A stretch of DNA of 64,000 nucleotides from Bdellovibrionota bacterium (GTDB lineage Bacteria > Bdellovibrionota_C > UBA2361 > CAKMMH01): the NCBI GenBank assembly GCA_050952645.1, contig JBMNLI010000010.1, forward strand, positions 64,001 to 128,000, given 5' to 3'. The position numbers and the translations under genes were made by a program. Shown here one piece after another: positions 46,757 through 55,977 of the stretch. Positions within the stretch are counted from its first letter, which is position 1, and each line of letters begins with the position of its first letter. The notes below the pieces were generated by a model. That model saw only the letters and a list, made by a program, of their open reading frames with translations, searched no databases and had not been told where the DNA came from.

Positions 46757-48386
46757 GTGAACTTTTTTGCAAAGTTAAGGTAGATAGATTCGTCTCGGCA
46801 ATTTCCACTGTTTAAGTATTATAACCCTCACTTTGTGTCTAAGCCATTGACCATATTTATCTATAAAAGTCTTAAGAGTTCCTATCTTATAATAGTTTAT
46901 CCAACCTTTAATTAACCAGCTTAGCTGTTGAAATGTCGAACCTAACGTTCGTGCCATTGCCTTCCGTCTACAAAGAATTTCTCTAGTTTTATCATAGAGT
47001 TTTCGTTTGCGATCTTCAGCAGGTTTACATTTCCAAGTTTTATACCCACTCTTCCAGTAGGTAAAGCCTAAGAAAGTGCTTTCCGTCGGCCTAGAGATTT
47101 TACTCTTACTTGAATTAATTTTAAGTCGTAGCTTACGCTCCAACCAACTCGCAACGGACTTCATTACTCTATTAGCAGCCTTTTCACTTCTAACAAATAT
47201 ATTACAGTCATCGGCATATCTAACAAACTTAAGTCCTCTTGCTTCCAGTTCCTTGTCGAGCTTATCAAGGTATATGTTAGATAATACTGGGGATAATGGA
47301 CCTCCTTGCGGAACTCCTTTCTCACTTACAGTAAACAATCCATCTTCCATTATACCAGCTCTTAAGAACTGTCTTATCAATCGTAGTGTCTTCGCATCTT
47401 TGATGCGTTCCCTGATTATCGAAATTAATTTGTCGTGATTAACAGTATCAAAATATTTCTCTATGTCTAGGTCTATAACCCAATCATAGCCTCTTTTCAA
47501 GTACTCAAGAGTTCTATATACTGCTAGATGGCAATTCCTTCTAGGTCTAAAGCCATAGCTACTATTACTAAAATACTTTTCGTATCCGCGTGCTAGTATT
47601 TGCGCTACCGCTTGTTGAATTACCCTATCTACTACTGTAGGTATTCCTAAAGGTCTCATCTTACCATTAGCTTTAGGTATATACACTCTCTTAACTGGAC
47701 TCGGCTTATAATTCCCTTCACGTATCTGAGATTTTATCTCTTCTCTGTGAACGGCAAAATAGTCTTCAAGCTCATCTACTGGCATATCATCTACACCAGA
47801 TGCACCTTTATTTCGCTTAACAGCCTTTATAGCCTCATCTATATTTTTGTCTGATATAATTAGTTCAATCAATTCCACCTGTTGCTCCTCCCTCTGTTTG
47901 TAAAGCTACTAGAAAACACCCCCTCTATCTTCTGCCCCCACAGGTTACGTTCCTGTTTGTTAGGCATATCTTCAATTTCGGACTCTTCTAGCCTTGCTTA
48001 CAGTGATTCACAATATATTAACGTTCAACCCTTCCTTGAGTGGTGTCTCAAGTACTATGGTATCAACTGACTTCCAGATATAAGCTTTATATCGCACGTG
48101 CATAGCACGCTATCTGGACCTCCCGGGGTAAGGCATAGTTCTTTCACCAGACAACCTCCAGATTTACTCGTTTGGTTTTACGTTTGTCTTTAGGGCTTCG
48201 GTTTGTAGCGCAACCTCACCCACCATTTAGCCTTGTATCTGGTTTCTGTTCGTAGGCTCCTTGGTTTTGATCCGCCACTTCCTTCACTCTAACATTACTG
48301 CTTCGAGCTTGTGGCATCACTACACTTGGTGACAACTACCCGTGACGGGACTTTCACCCGCTAGAACTATGTCGTGCCCGGCACAC

Positions 48387-48553
48387 GCCTAAAAGAAAAT
48401 CTCCGCAACCTAAAAAGCTAGCTCCAATTTTCTTTTAAGCTAACAAAAAACAATTCATTAACATGATATATCTCACACCACGGAGCCTAAAAGAAAATCT
48501 CCGCAACCTAAAAAGCTAGCTCCAATTTTCTTTTAAGCTAACAAAAAACAATT
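48387..48553 (+). repeat. 98-bp tandem array, right part
   Basis: The array resumes with GCCTAAAAG at 48387 and again at 48485. Confidence 0.95.
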
Positions 48554-48600
48554 TTTCTTGACCTACTTAAAACGTGAAGAACCTTAAATTAACATCTTAA

Positions 48601-48629
48601 TTGACATTTAAGGTAAATTTAGCTAATAT
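48601..48629 (+). promoter_or_regulatory. Probable tRNA-His promoter
   Basis: TTGACA-17 bp-TAATAT just upstream of the tRNA. Confidence 0.65.
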
Positions 48630-48645
48630 CTTCAAGTCAGTTTGT

Positions 48646-48722
48646 GGTGGATATAGCTCAGTTGGTAGAGCCCCGGATTGTGGTTCCGGTTGTCGTGGGT
48701 TCAAGTCCCACTATCCACCCCA
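48646..48722 (+). tRNA. tRNA-His (GUG)
   Basis: Cloverleaf with G-1, anticodon arm CCGGA-TTGTGGT-TCCGG, GTTCAAG and encoded CCA. Confidence 0.96.
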
Positions 48723-48797
48723 TTTTCAATAATTAAATCTTAAACCTTAAATATCATATTTATATTATGCATTTATTTTTTTAGGATCATTTAAATT

Positions 48798-49628
48798 ATG
48801 TTAAAACTAGGTTGCCATCTTTCATCATCTAAAGGCTTTTTAAATATGGGAAAAGAAGCGGTATCGATTAATGCTAATACTTTTCAATTCTTTACTAGGA
48901 ATCCAAGAGGAGGTGCTGCAAAAGAGCTAGACTTAGAAGATATTAAAAAATACATAACCTTTGCAAAGGAACATAATATTGGTCCCCTTGTTGCGCATGC
49001 TCCTTATACGATGAATCCAGCTAGTAAAGATGAAAATATAAGAAATTTCACGGCAAGAATGATAAGAGATGATTTAGAAAGATTAGAACATATTCCTAAT
49101 AACTATTATAACTTTCATCCAGGAAGCCACGTAGGGCAAGGAGTAGAGATAGGCACAAAATATATAATAGAAATGCTAAATAAAGTTTTAACCAACGACT
49201 TAACTACGACGGTTTTATTAGAAACGATGTCAGGAAAAGGAAGTGAAATAGGAAGAAGCTTCGATGAACTTAAAGCTATCATCGATAACACTTCTTTAAA
49301 ACATAAACTTGGGGTATGTTTAGACACTTGCCACGTATTTAGTGCAGGATACGATATCAAAAATAATTTAGATGGCGTTTTAGAAGAATTAGATAAAAAA
49401 ATTGGTCTATCAAGATTAAAAGCTATCCATTTAAACGACACGATGACTCCCTTTACCTCGAATAAAGATAGGCATCAAAAAATTGGAGACGGTAATTTAG
49501 GACTAGAAGCCATCGTTAAACTTATGCAAAACAAATATTTAAAAGACCTGCCTTTTATTCTTGAAACTCCTAACGAGATAAAGGGATACGAAACAGAAAT
49601 AGCACTTTTAAGAGCAAATGTTTCTTAA
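48798..49628 (+). CDS. nfo: Endonuclease IV
   Basis: Motifs HAPY, NFHPGSH, LLETMSGKGSE, CLDTCH, HLND, DRHQ and LETP. Confidence 0.96.
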   Translation: MLKLGCHLSSSKGFLNMGKEAVSINANTFQFFTRNPRGGAAKELDLEDIKKYITFAKEHNIGPLVAHAPYTMNPASKDENIRNFTARMIRDDLERLEHIPNNYYNFHPGSHVGQGVEIGTKYIIEMLNKVLTNDLTTTVLLETMSGKGSEIGRSFDELKAIIDNTSLKHKLGVCLDTCHVFSAGYDIKNNLDGVLEELDKKIGLSRLKAIHLNDTMTPFTSNKDRHQKIGDGNLGLEAIVKLMQNKYLKDLPFILETPNEIKGYETEIALLRANVS

Positions 49629-49642
49629 ATTTTATATGCTTC

Positions 49643-50149
49643 TTAATCTTCCTTAGGACTAAAGTAATAAATAAAGTTATAAGGTATACCATCACGAATA
49701 ATTTCGATATTTGGCTTTTCTTTTAAATCGCTATCGTGTATTTCTTCAAGAACACTTATGTAATTTTTAAATTGCACTGCATCTTGTACAACATAACCAG
49801 CAGCAGAAACTATAACATCGCCATCTTTAAGTCCTAAGATTTCATAAGTAGCCCCAGGTTTAACATCAAATAGCCTATACGTCGGATAGTTTTTAGCTTC
49901 TTGCTTTGCCCTTCTTTGGAAAATCTCTATCACACGAACGGAATTAACCTCTGTGTTTATTAAAGATTGCCTATACTTCATTCTATCTATCGCCATCTTA
50001 ACAGTTACTAATCCCGTCTCTTGGTGTCTTCTAATAGAGTCTATTCTTATAGCCCCAGCTCCGGGAACTTTTTTAGGCTTAAACGCACAACTTACAGAAA
50101 AGCATAGCAATAAACAAAAACCAATTCTTATAAATTTTCTAGCGTACAT
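49643..50149 (-). CDS. Lipoprotein with a GspC-like PDZ domain
   Basis: Lipobox-like FSVSC, YRLFDVKPG..EILGLKDGDVIV and IEIIRDG. Confidence 0.6.
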   Translation of the reverse strand: MYARKFIRIGFCLLLCFSVSCAFKPKKVPGAGAIRIDSIRRHQETGLVTVKMAIDRMKYRQSLINTEVNSVRVIEIFQRRAKQEAKNYPTYRLFDVKPGATYEILGLKDGDVIVSAAGYVVQDAVQFKNYISVLEEIHDSDLKEKPNIEIIRDGIPYNFIYYFSPKED

Positions 50150-50781
50150 AATTTTTCTAGCTCCTTTTTATTTAACCTTTGAAGTTTTAAAGATTCTGCA
50201 ATATAAATCGCTCGCACTTTATTATAAGCGTCTTCTAATTTATCATTTACTACGAAATAATCTATTATCCCATCTTCGTTTTGTAAAGACAAAAAAGTAT
50301 CATATTCTTTTTTAGCACTTTTTAATCTATTTTGGAAATCTTCCTCCTTAAATCCTGCTCTGTTTCTAATCCTATCGGCCATCACCTCATAAGATGGAGG
50401 AACTAAAAATATAAAAACTACTCTATGGGCTAGCTTTCTTTTAATATTTATCGCACCTTTTATATCGATATCTAATACTAAATCTACATTATTATTATTT
50501 GCTCTTTCATATTCCGAACTAAGCGTGCCGTAAAAAGACGTATGCACTGGCTCCCACTCTAAAAACTCATTGTTTTGTACTTTTTCCTCGAACTCTTCCT
50601 TACTTAAAAAATAATAATCTACCCCATTTATCTCATTTACCCTAGGAGCTCTAGTTGTTGCTGAAATTGAAAACGTAATTTTCTCTTTAAACTCTTCTCT
50701 TAACATTTTTAGTAGCGTGCTTTTACCACTAGCAGTTGGGCCTACTAAAATAAATGCAAAATTATCTCTAGATATTTCCAT
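50128..50781 (-). CDS. gmk: Guanylate kinase
   Basis: Motifs GPTASGKST, SATTRAPR, GVDYYF and FYGT. Confidence 0.96.
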   Translation of the reverse strand: MEISRDNFAFILVGPTASGKSTLLKMLREEFKEKITFSISATTRAPRVNEINGVDYYFLSKEEFEEKVQNNEFLEWEPVHTSFYGTLSSEYERANNNNVDLVLDIDIKGAINIKRKLAHRVVFIFLVPPSYEVMADRIRNRAGFKEEDFQNRLKSAKKEYDTFLSLQNEDGIIDYFVVNDKLEDAYNKVRAIYIAESLKLQRLNKKELEKLCTLENL

Positions 50782-50812
50782 ATTGTATTCTTTCTTTAAA
50801 AAAAAAATTTAC

Positions 50813-51742
50813 TTACTCTATATTTTGAACCTGCTCTCTTATTTTTTCAATCTCAGATTTTGCTTCGACTACGTATTGTTGCACTAGAGCATCGTTAGCC
50901 TTAGAGGCGATCGTATTAAACTCTCGTGCCATCTCTTGAAGTAGAAACTCTAATTTTCTACCTACTGGAAACTCTTTTAAAATACTTTCTACTTGGTTAA
51001 AGTGGCTACCTAACCTAACTAACTCTTCAGTGATATCTAGCTTATCTACAAGCAGTGCAACTTCCGTAATCAATCTATCTTCATTTAAACTAAGATTAAA
51101 ATCTTCTATTATCGTTTGAAGTCTTTCTTTAAGCTTTAAAAAATAAGTTTTATTATCTAGTTTTTCTTTTTCTAAATTAAAGATCTTATTTTTTATATCT
51201 TTTAATTTTTTAAAGCGACTATTTAAATCTTCTTTTAAAGCTTCCCCCTCTTTTTCTTTCATTAAATTTAATTTTTTTAAGGTAGTAGTTAAAAGTGATA
51301 CCACCTGCTTTTCTTCTTTTTCTGTAATCTCAAAATCTTTTGAAGTTATAACATCTCTTTTAGATAAAATATCTTGAACTATACTTTGGGAAATACTTGA
51401 ACCTAAATAATTTTGAAAAACCTCTTCATAGATTGCTAAATACGATTCAAAAAGTGCTCTATTAATGCTTAAAAATGGATTTTCTCCTACGCCTAACTCT
51501 TCTCTAGTGATAATAATATCGATATGCCCCCTTGAAACAAATGAGGCGATAAGTTTTCTTAGCTTGTTTTCTATGCTCGAATAAATTTGTGGAACTCTAA
51601 AATTTAAATCTAAAAACCTATGGTTCACGCTCTTAATTTCGATATTTAATTTTATATTTTCATTCTCATAATCGCCTTTTGCATAAGCCGTCATGCTTTT
51701 TATATTTGATATAGCCTCATTTGATCTATTTGAATTTGACAT
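50813..51742 (-). CDS. YicC/YloC family endoribonuclease
   Basis: Motifs SMTAY, KSVNHRFLD, DITEELVRL and GRKLEFLLQEMAREFNT. Confidence 0.95.
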   Translation of the reverse strand: MSNSNRSNEAISNIKSMTAYAKGDYENENIKLNIEIKSVNHRFLDLNFRVPQIYSSIENKLRKLIASFVSRGHIDIIITREELGVGENPFLSINRALFESYLAIYEEVFQNYLGSSISQSIVQDILSKRDVITSKDFEITEKEEKQVVSLLTTTLKKLNLMKEKEGEALKEDLNSRFKKLKDIKNKIFNLEKEKLDNKTYFLKLKERLQTIIEDFNLSLNEDRLITEVALLVDKLDITEELVRLGSHFNQVESILKEFPVGRKLEFLLQEMAREFNTIASKANDALVQQYVVEAKSEIEKIREQVQNIE

Positions 51743-51794
51743 AACACTTTTCCTAACTTTTGCATTTAAGAGTATTAAAATTTGCTCTTAAAAA

Positions 51795-52832
51795 TTAAAG
51801 AAGATTATACTCCTTAATTTTATTTATTATCATACTTGGAGTAATATTTTTCATACAATTATTATGCTTTAAAGGGCATGTCCTTTTATAACAAGGGATA
51901 CAAGGCAAATCTACTTGGATTGCTAGACGCTCCATTTTATAAGGAACCACTCTATTTATAATCGTAGGTCCAAATAAACTTATATAAGGCACGTGAACCG
52001 AGGCGAAGATGTGTCCCGCTCCAGAATCTGGACCTATGCCTAATTTTAAATTTTTAAAAATAGCGATTAAGTCTTCAAGATTAGTCTTGCCACATAAATC
52101 TATTATGCATGAAGCATCATTTAAATTTTCCGTTATAAAGTTTGATATGTCTTTTTGCCCTTTAGTTCCGATAAGCACAAAATTTAAATCTTTATTTATT
52201 TTAAGTAGCTCTTTTATTAAACCTACGTAATTTTGTCTATCCCAATCTTTAGTTTGCCACTGCGAAGCTAATACTAGACCTATGCAAGTTTTCCCATTTA
52301 ACGCTTCTTTAAATTCTTCTTTTAATTTTGCTCCATTAGTAAAAGCAAAATTTATATCTTCTTTTTCATCATCTATATCGATATCTAAAAATTTTAAGAA
52401 AGCTAAATATTGCTTAATTTTAGGAGTATTTTTTGAATAGTATGGAATAAAGTTATTGTTAAATAAAAAATTAAACTCTTTAGAATCTTTTTTACTAAAA
52501 CCTACTCTTATCGGTGCTTTAGAAAATATAGAAAAGATTCCACTTTTTAAAATTCTTTGCATATCAAAAGCGATATCAAATTTTTTAGTTTTTAAAATTT
52601 TTATCGTATCTAAGAAACCTTTTAGCTTATCTTTTCTTTTAAAAATAATTACATCATCTATATTTTTATCTAAATAAACGATATCTTTTAGTGAATTTTC
52701 TACTAGCCATGAGATTTTTGCATTAGGATATTTTTGCTTTATATAACCTGTGATGCAAAGCCCTCTAGTTAAATCGCCTAAAGCGCCAGTTAATATAACC
52801 AAAAGTGAAAAATCATTCTTTTTTACAATCAT
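51795..52832 (-). CDS. GT9 LPS heptosyltransferase family
   Basis: Motifs GALGD, TKDW, DLCGKTNL, DSGAGH and LFGPT. Confidence 0.92.
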   Translation of the reverse strand: MIVKKNDFSLLVILTGALGDLTRGLCITGYIKQKYPNAKISWLVENSLKDIVYLDKNIDDVIIFKRKDKLKGFLDTIKILKTKKFDIAFDMQRILKSGIFSIFSKAPIRVGFSKKDSKEFNFLFNNNFIPYYSKNTPKIKQYLAFLKFLDIDIDDEKEDINFAFTNGAKLKEEFKEALNGKTCIGLVLASQWQTKDWDRQNYVGLIKELLKINKDLNFVLIGTKGQKDISNFITENLNDASCIIDLCGKTNLEDLIAIFKNLKLGIGPDSGAGHIFASVHVPYISLFGPTIINRVVPYKMERLAIQVDLPCIPCYKRTCPLKHNNCMKNITPSMIINKIKEYNLL

Positions 52833-52883
52833 ACTTTCCTACCATTTAAAGATTAACATTAAAAAATTTATATTTAAAACTTT

Positions 52884-52992
52884 CGTTCTTCTCGTTTTAA
52901 GGTGGGTTTTAGACCTCAAAATTAGTATCACTCCCCCACGAAGCCCCCAAAAAAAAATAATTTTCACAACCTTACTTAAAACGTGAAGCACT
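52884..52992. mobile_element. Short MITE copy D
   Basis: Ends GTTCTTCTCGTTTTAAGGTGGGTT...ACTTAAAACGTGAAGCAC, with TSD AAAACTTT on both sides. Confidence 0.85.
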
Positions 52993-53005
52993 AAAACTTT
53001 CTATT

Positions 53006-53728
53006 TTAAAAATCATCCTTTGAATTAAAACTATCTCTTAAGTTTGCACAAAAATATTCAGATAATAAATCTGAAAGGTTATGTTTTATTACGGCTCTTC
53101 GCCAACGTAAAATATACCTATCTCTAAGCTCATTAAAGCTTCCTTTAAAAAAACGTGCCTTATCAAAATCTATAATATAAAGCTTCTCGTCGCCATCTAC
53201 TATAACATTGCCTGGGTGTAAATCGATATGGAAAATTTTATTTTTTATTAAAATTTTAATTTGTCTAGCGAGTTCTTTAATATATTTTTCAATTTTAACT
53301 TGGTCATCACTTCCTAAAAGGCAAAGGTCGAAAGTGTTAGGGATCTCTTCCGTGGCAAGCCAATTTCTATAAATAAAGCCTCCCTTTATCGCATAAGCGA
53401 TAGGCTTTAACGTATTTACACCTTTTCTCCTTACTAGCTCGAGAAACTCGAACTCTCTTTTAGCTCTACTTGCTGTAAATGTTGAAAGGTAGTAATGCCG
53501 ATTAATAAAATGGAGCGCACCACCACGCTTGTAATGTTTAACTACCACTTTTCTAGTTCCTATATCGCCTTTTACTACGCTACTTTCTTGATGGGTAGCA
53601 GATCTTGTGCCGTGAATTTTTATTTTAAAAAGCTCGTAAAGTTTTAAAAGCTCTTCATCGGAAAGCATTTGCTTAGAATATATCTTTATTTTATCGACTT
53701 TTTGTTTACAAAAAGAGCCATCATGCAT
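53006..53728 (-). CDS. Kdo/LPS kinase (KdkA/WaaP-like)
   Basis: Motifs VVKHYKRGG, RAKREF, HIDLHPGN and IIDFDKA. Confidence 0.85.
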   Translation of the reverse strand: MHDGSFCKQKVDKIKIYSKQMLSDEELLKLYELFKIKIHGTRSATHQESSVVKGDIGTRKVVVKHYKRGGALHFINRHYYLSTFTASRAKREFEFLELVRRKGVNTLKPIAYAIKGGFIYRNWLATEEIPNTFDLCLLGSDDQVKIEKYIKELARQIKILIKNKIFHIDLHPGNVIVDGDEKLYIIDFDKARFFKGSFNELRDRYILRWRRAVIKHNLSDLLSEYFCANLRDSFNSKDDF

Positions 53729-54033
53729 AATTTAAAAACACTTAAAATATTTAATCAAAACAACAAAAAATTTATCACACGTAAATTAAAAGAACAAGAT
53801 AGAAGAAAAATTACTTAAATATTTGCGATATTGTAATACTTTTAAAAAAATCTCTAGTATATATATTTGAAAGACTGTAAATTATAATGTAGATTATAAA
53901 GAATTGTAAAAAGAAGTATGACTTTTAAATTTTTATAGAACCATACTCATTTTTTTGCATTAGCTTTTTAATCTAAGTAAAAAAAACAAGTAATAATTTA
54001 AAAAGTAAATTATCGATAAATTAGTAGTTAATT

Positions 54034-54747
54034 ATGGCATTTACAAAAATAAATTGCTTTACATATAATAGTCCGTTTGCTTCTAAGCTTAGCAGTAAAA
54101 CTATCTTAAACCCTACGAAAAAGCCAGGAGATTTCGTAATGGTGCTTTCTACTCCTGCGACGAACTCGCTAGGCGCTAAAGTAGCGACTAGATTAGCTTT
54201 AGAAAATTTTGTTAAAGGCGTTTTAAATTTTTGTGATACTATTACGGATTTTGATAGCCTTTCTTTAAGTCATGATATCGTTTCTGATGGATTTAAAAAT
54301 GCTAATAGAAGTGTGTATGATTTCGGGCATAAGCTTTCGGCAGGGGGGAGGATGAAAGCTTGTCTAACTTCTTTAGCCGTAGCAAATGGAGTTATTTCAG
54401 TAGCAAAAGTTGGGAATGGAAATGCTTATTTATATAGAGATAAAAAAATTTATTCTTTCTTTGAAGAAAAAAGCAAAGATGGAGATAATGTAGGTGAAAA
54501 TTCTAGAGTAGTAGTAGAATTTTCAGATATCAATTTAGAGAAAAACGATAAAGTTTTACTTTTTTCTAGAAAGCTTACTAACATGGAGTTTGATACGTGT
54601 CAAAGATTTATAAATAAAATTGATTATTTTAATCAAGCAATTTTAGAAAAAATGATTTCAAAAATTAAACAAAGAGGTGGCATTATCGATGATATTATGG
54701 TAGCAGAATTTAGCGGAGATTCTATTTTACTAGAAAATGTTGTTTAG
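54034..54747 (+). CDS. PP2C-fold protein lacking catalytic aspartates
   Basis: GAKVATRLA, AKVGNGNAYLYR and LEKNDKVLLFS echo PP2C motifs. Confidence 0.65.
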   Translation: MAFTKINCFTYNSPFASKLSSKTILNPTKKPGDFVMVLSTPATNSLGAKVATRLALENFVKGVLNFCDTITDFDSLSLSHDIVSDGFKNANRSVYDFGHKLSAGGRMKACLTSLAVANGVISVAKVGNGNAYLYRDKKIYSFFEEKSKDGDNVGENSRVVVEFSDINLEKNDKVLLFSRKLTNMEFDTCQRFINKIDYFNQAILEKMISKIKQRGGIIDDIMVAEFSGDSILLENVV

Positions 54748-54782
54748 TTATAATAATTAAAATATACACTTAAAACTCTTAT

Positions 54783-54856
54783 GCGTCCTTAGCTCAGTTG
54801 GATAGAGCATTTGGCTTCGAACCAAACGGTCGGGGGTTCGAATCCCTCAGGACGCA
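54783..54856 (+). tRNA. tRNA-Arg (UCG)
   Basis: Acceptor stem GCGTCCT/AGGACGC, anticodon arm TTTGG-CTTCGAA-CCAAA and GTTCGAATC; CCA is not encoded. Confidence 0.93.
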
Positions 54857-55384
54857 TTATCTTTTTTTATCAATTTTTATTAGTTCCTTTTTTTACTCCT
54901 TAATTTATTTATAATCTATTTATTTCTTATCTAAAAACTAGACCTATAAAGCCTAAACTGTTCTTTTCTTTTACGTATACTATGTTTTTTAAGGGATCGA
55001 AACTTAAGCTTTGAGACTAGTATTTGTCGTTTCTTAAAGAACACGTATTTACGTCCGCTATTTAAATAATTTATATGAGTATTTCTTAATTTTTCTAAAA
55101 ATTATTTGGTTCTTTGACGTTTTAGGTGGGTTAGAAAAATTGTTTTTTAGGGTTAACTTAAAAGAAAATTAGAGCTAGTGAAGAACAAAAAAAATTTTGA
55201 CTATAGAAATATGAAAATTATATAATGCACATTACGTTTGTTAAAAAGTTATAGAAAAGGAAGAATAAAGAATAAAAGAAAGGAAAGAGAGCTAAAAAGC
55301 ATAAAAATATACGCATTTAGAATTTAGCTAATTTCCAACTAACCCGAAACCTTAGTAAAAATAGAAAGGATAGGGATATAGTAA

Positions 55385-55796
55385 ATGTTAAAAATCACTA
55401 TTTCCTTAAACCCGATTGCGGTTTTTTTCCTTTTAGCTACACCATTTCTCGCAGCTTTTGCAAGTTTGGGCTACGCCTTACTGAGCAAAAATTTGCCTTC
55501 ACAAAAGCGCTGGCATAAATTCGCATCGGCTTTTGCAATGTTTTGTTGTTACTTTGAGGTAATAACTACTTTTGTAGCTATCAGCGTCTTACATTATACA
55601 GGCGCTTAAAGACTACTTTTGCTCTTGGTATTTAGTCTGCATTTGCACTATTTGGGCAATCATTGGGGCTAAAAGTTTGTTCTTTTTGGCTTTAGCTCCA
55701 ATCTTGAAAAATCTTAGCGATAGAAATGAGATTAAAACCCTTGTAGAGATAGTCGAAGAACAATTAGAAACTAAAGGTGCCAAAAATCAACGCTGA
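55385..55796 (+). pseudogene. Small hydrophobic membrane protein gene, apparently frameshifted near 55600
   Basis: The 74-aa ORF has two TMs; the +1 frame continues KDYFCSWYLVCICTIWAIIGAKSLFFLALAPIL...NQR* to 55796. Confidence 0.5.
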
Positions 55797-55936
55797 AAAA
55801 ACTTTAAGGGGGCTAACGCAAACGGAAGCACCAAAGGCAAAGAAGGAAGCCAAAGCCTAACGCCTAACGTCCGTTTTATTCTTTGCTTTTTAATGCTCTT
55901 TGATTTTTTTTAAAAGGATTTTTAGAGCAAACGATA

Positions 55937-55977
55937 TAAAAGGGTTTTAGACAAAAGTCTGAATCCCCTTTTTTTTT
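55937..55977 (+). terminator. Intrinsic terminator
   Basis: AAAAGGGTTTTAGAC-AAAA-GTCTGAATCCCC followed by a long T-run. Confidence 0.7.

Larger units (their letters stand above)
44923..46780 (+). mobile_element. IS1634-like insertion sequence (1858 bp)
   Basis: 29-bp TIR CCTTAACTTT(T/G)CAAAAAAGTTCACCTAAA with one mismatch, and a 5-bp TSD TAGAT. Confidence 0.9.
44714..47878 (-). pseudogene. ltrA: Intron-encoded RT/maturase without endonuclease domain, interrupted by an IS
   Basis: Motifs RPLGIPTVVDR, GVPQGGPLSP and YADD. Joining 47878-46781 to 44917-44714 restores a 433-aa ORF (...PRRIYL|NLKKLNRMLG...). Confidence 0.92.
44630..48386 (-). mobile_element. Group II intron, class IIC (about 1.9 kb without the IS)
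   Basis: 5' end GTGTGCCGGGCACG..GGGTGAAAGTCCCG, domain V GAGCGCCGTATACGAGACCCGTACGTACGGTG with a CGC triad, and 3' end CTACCCTAT. It interrupts the repeat exactly at CCACGGA|GCCTAAAAG. Confidence 0.93.
44196..48583. mobile_element. Expanded MITE copy containing the 98-bp array, the intron and the IS
   Basis: Degenerate left TIR AGTCTTCACATTTTAAG and right TIR ACCTACTTAAAACGTGAAGAACC; the array unit matches the MITE internal module. Confidence 0.8.

Noticed and set aside
46775..47878. RT as a retron, DGR or defence RT
   Set aside because: It is enclosed by canonical group II intron 5' end, DV and DVI sequences; no TR/VR pair or msr-msd is evident.
44218..48553. CRISPR array or RT-associated CRISPR
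   Set aside because: The units are near-identical over their whole 98 bp with no unique spacers, and there are no cas genes in the window.
48646..54856. Prophage or integrative island at the tRNAs
   Set aside because: There is no integrase, no duplicated tRNA 3' end, and the genes between the tRNAs are housekeeping.
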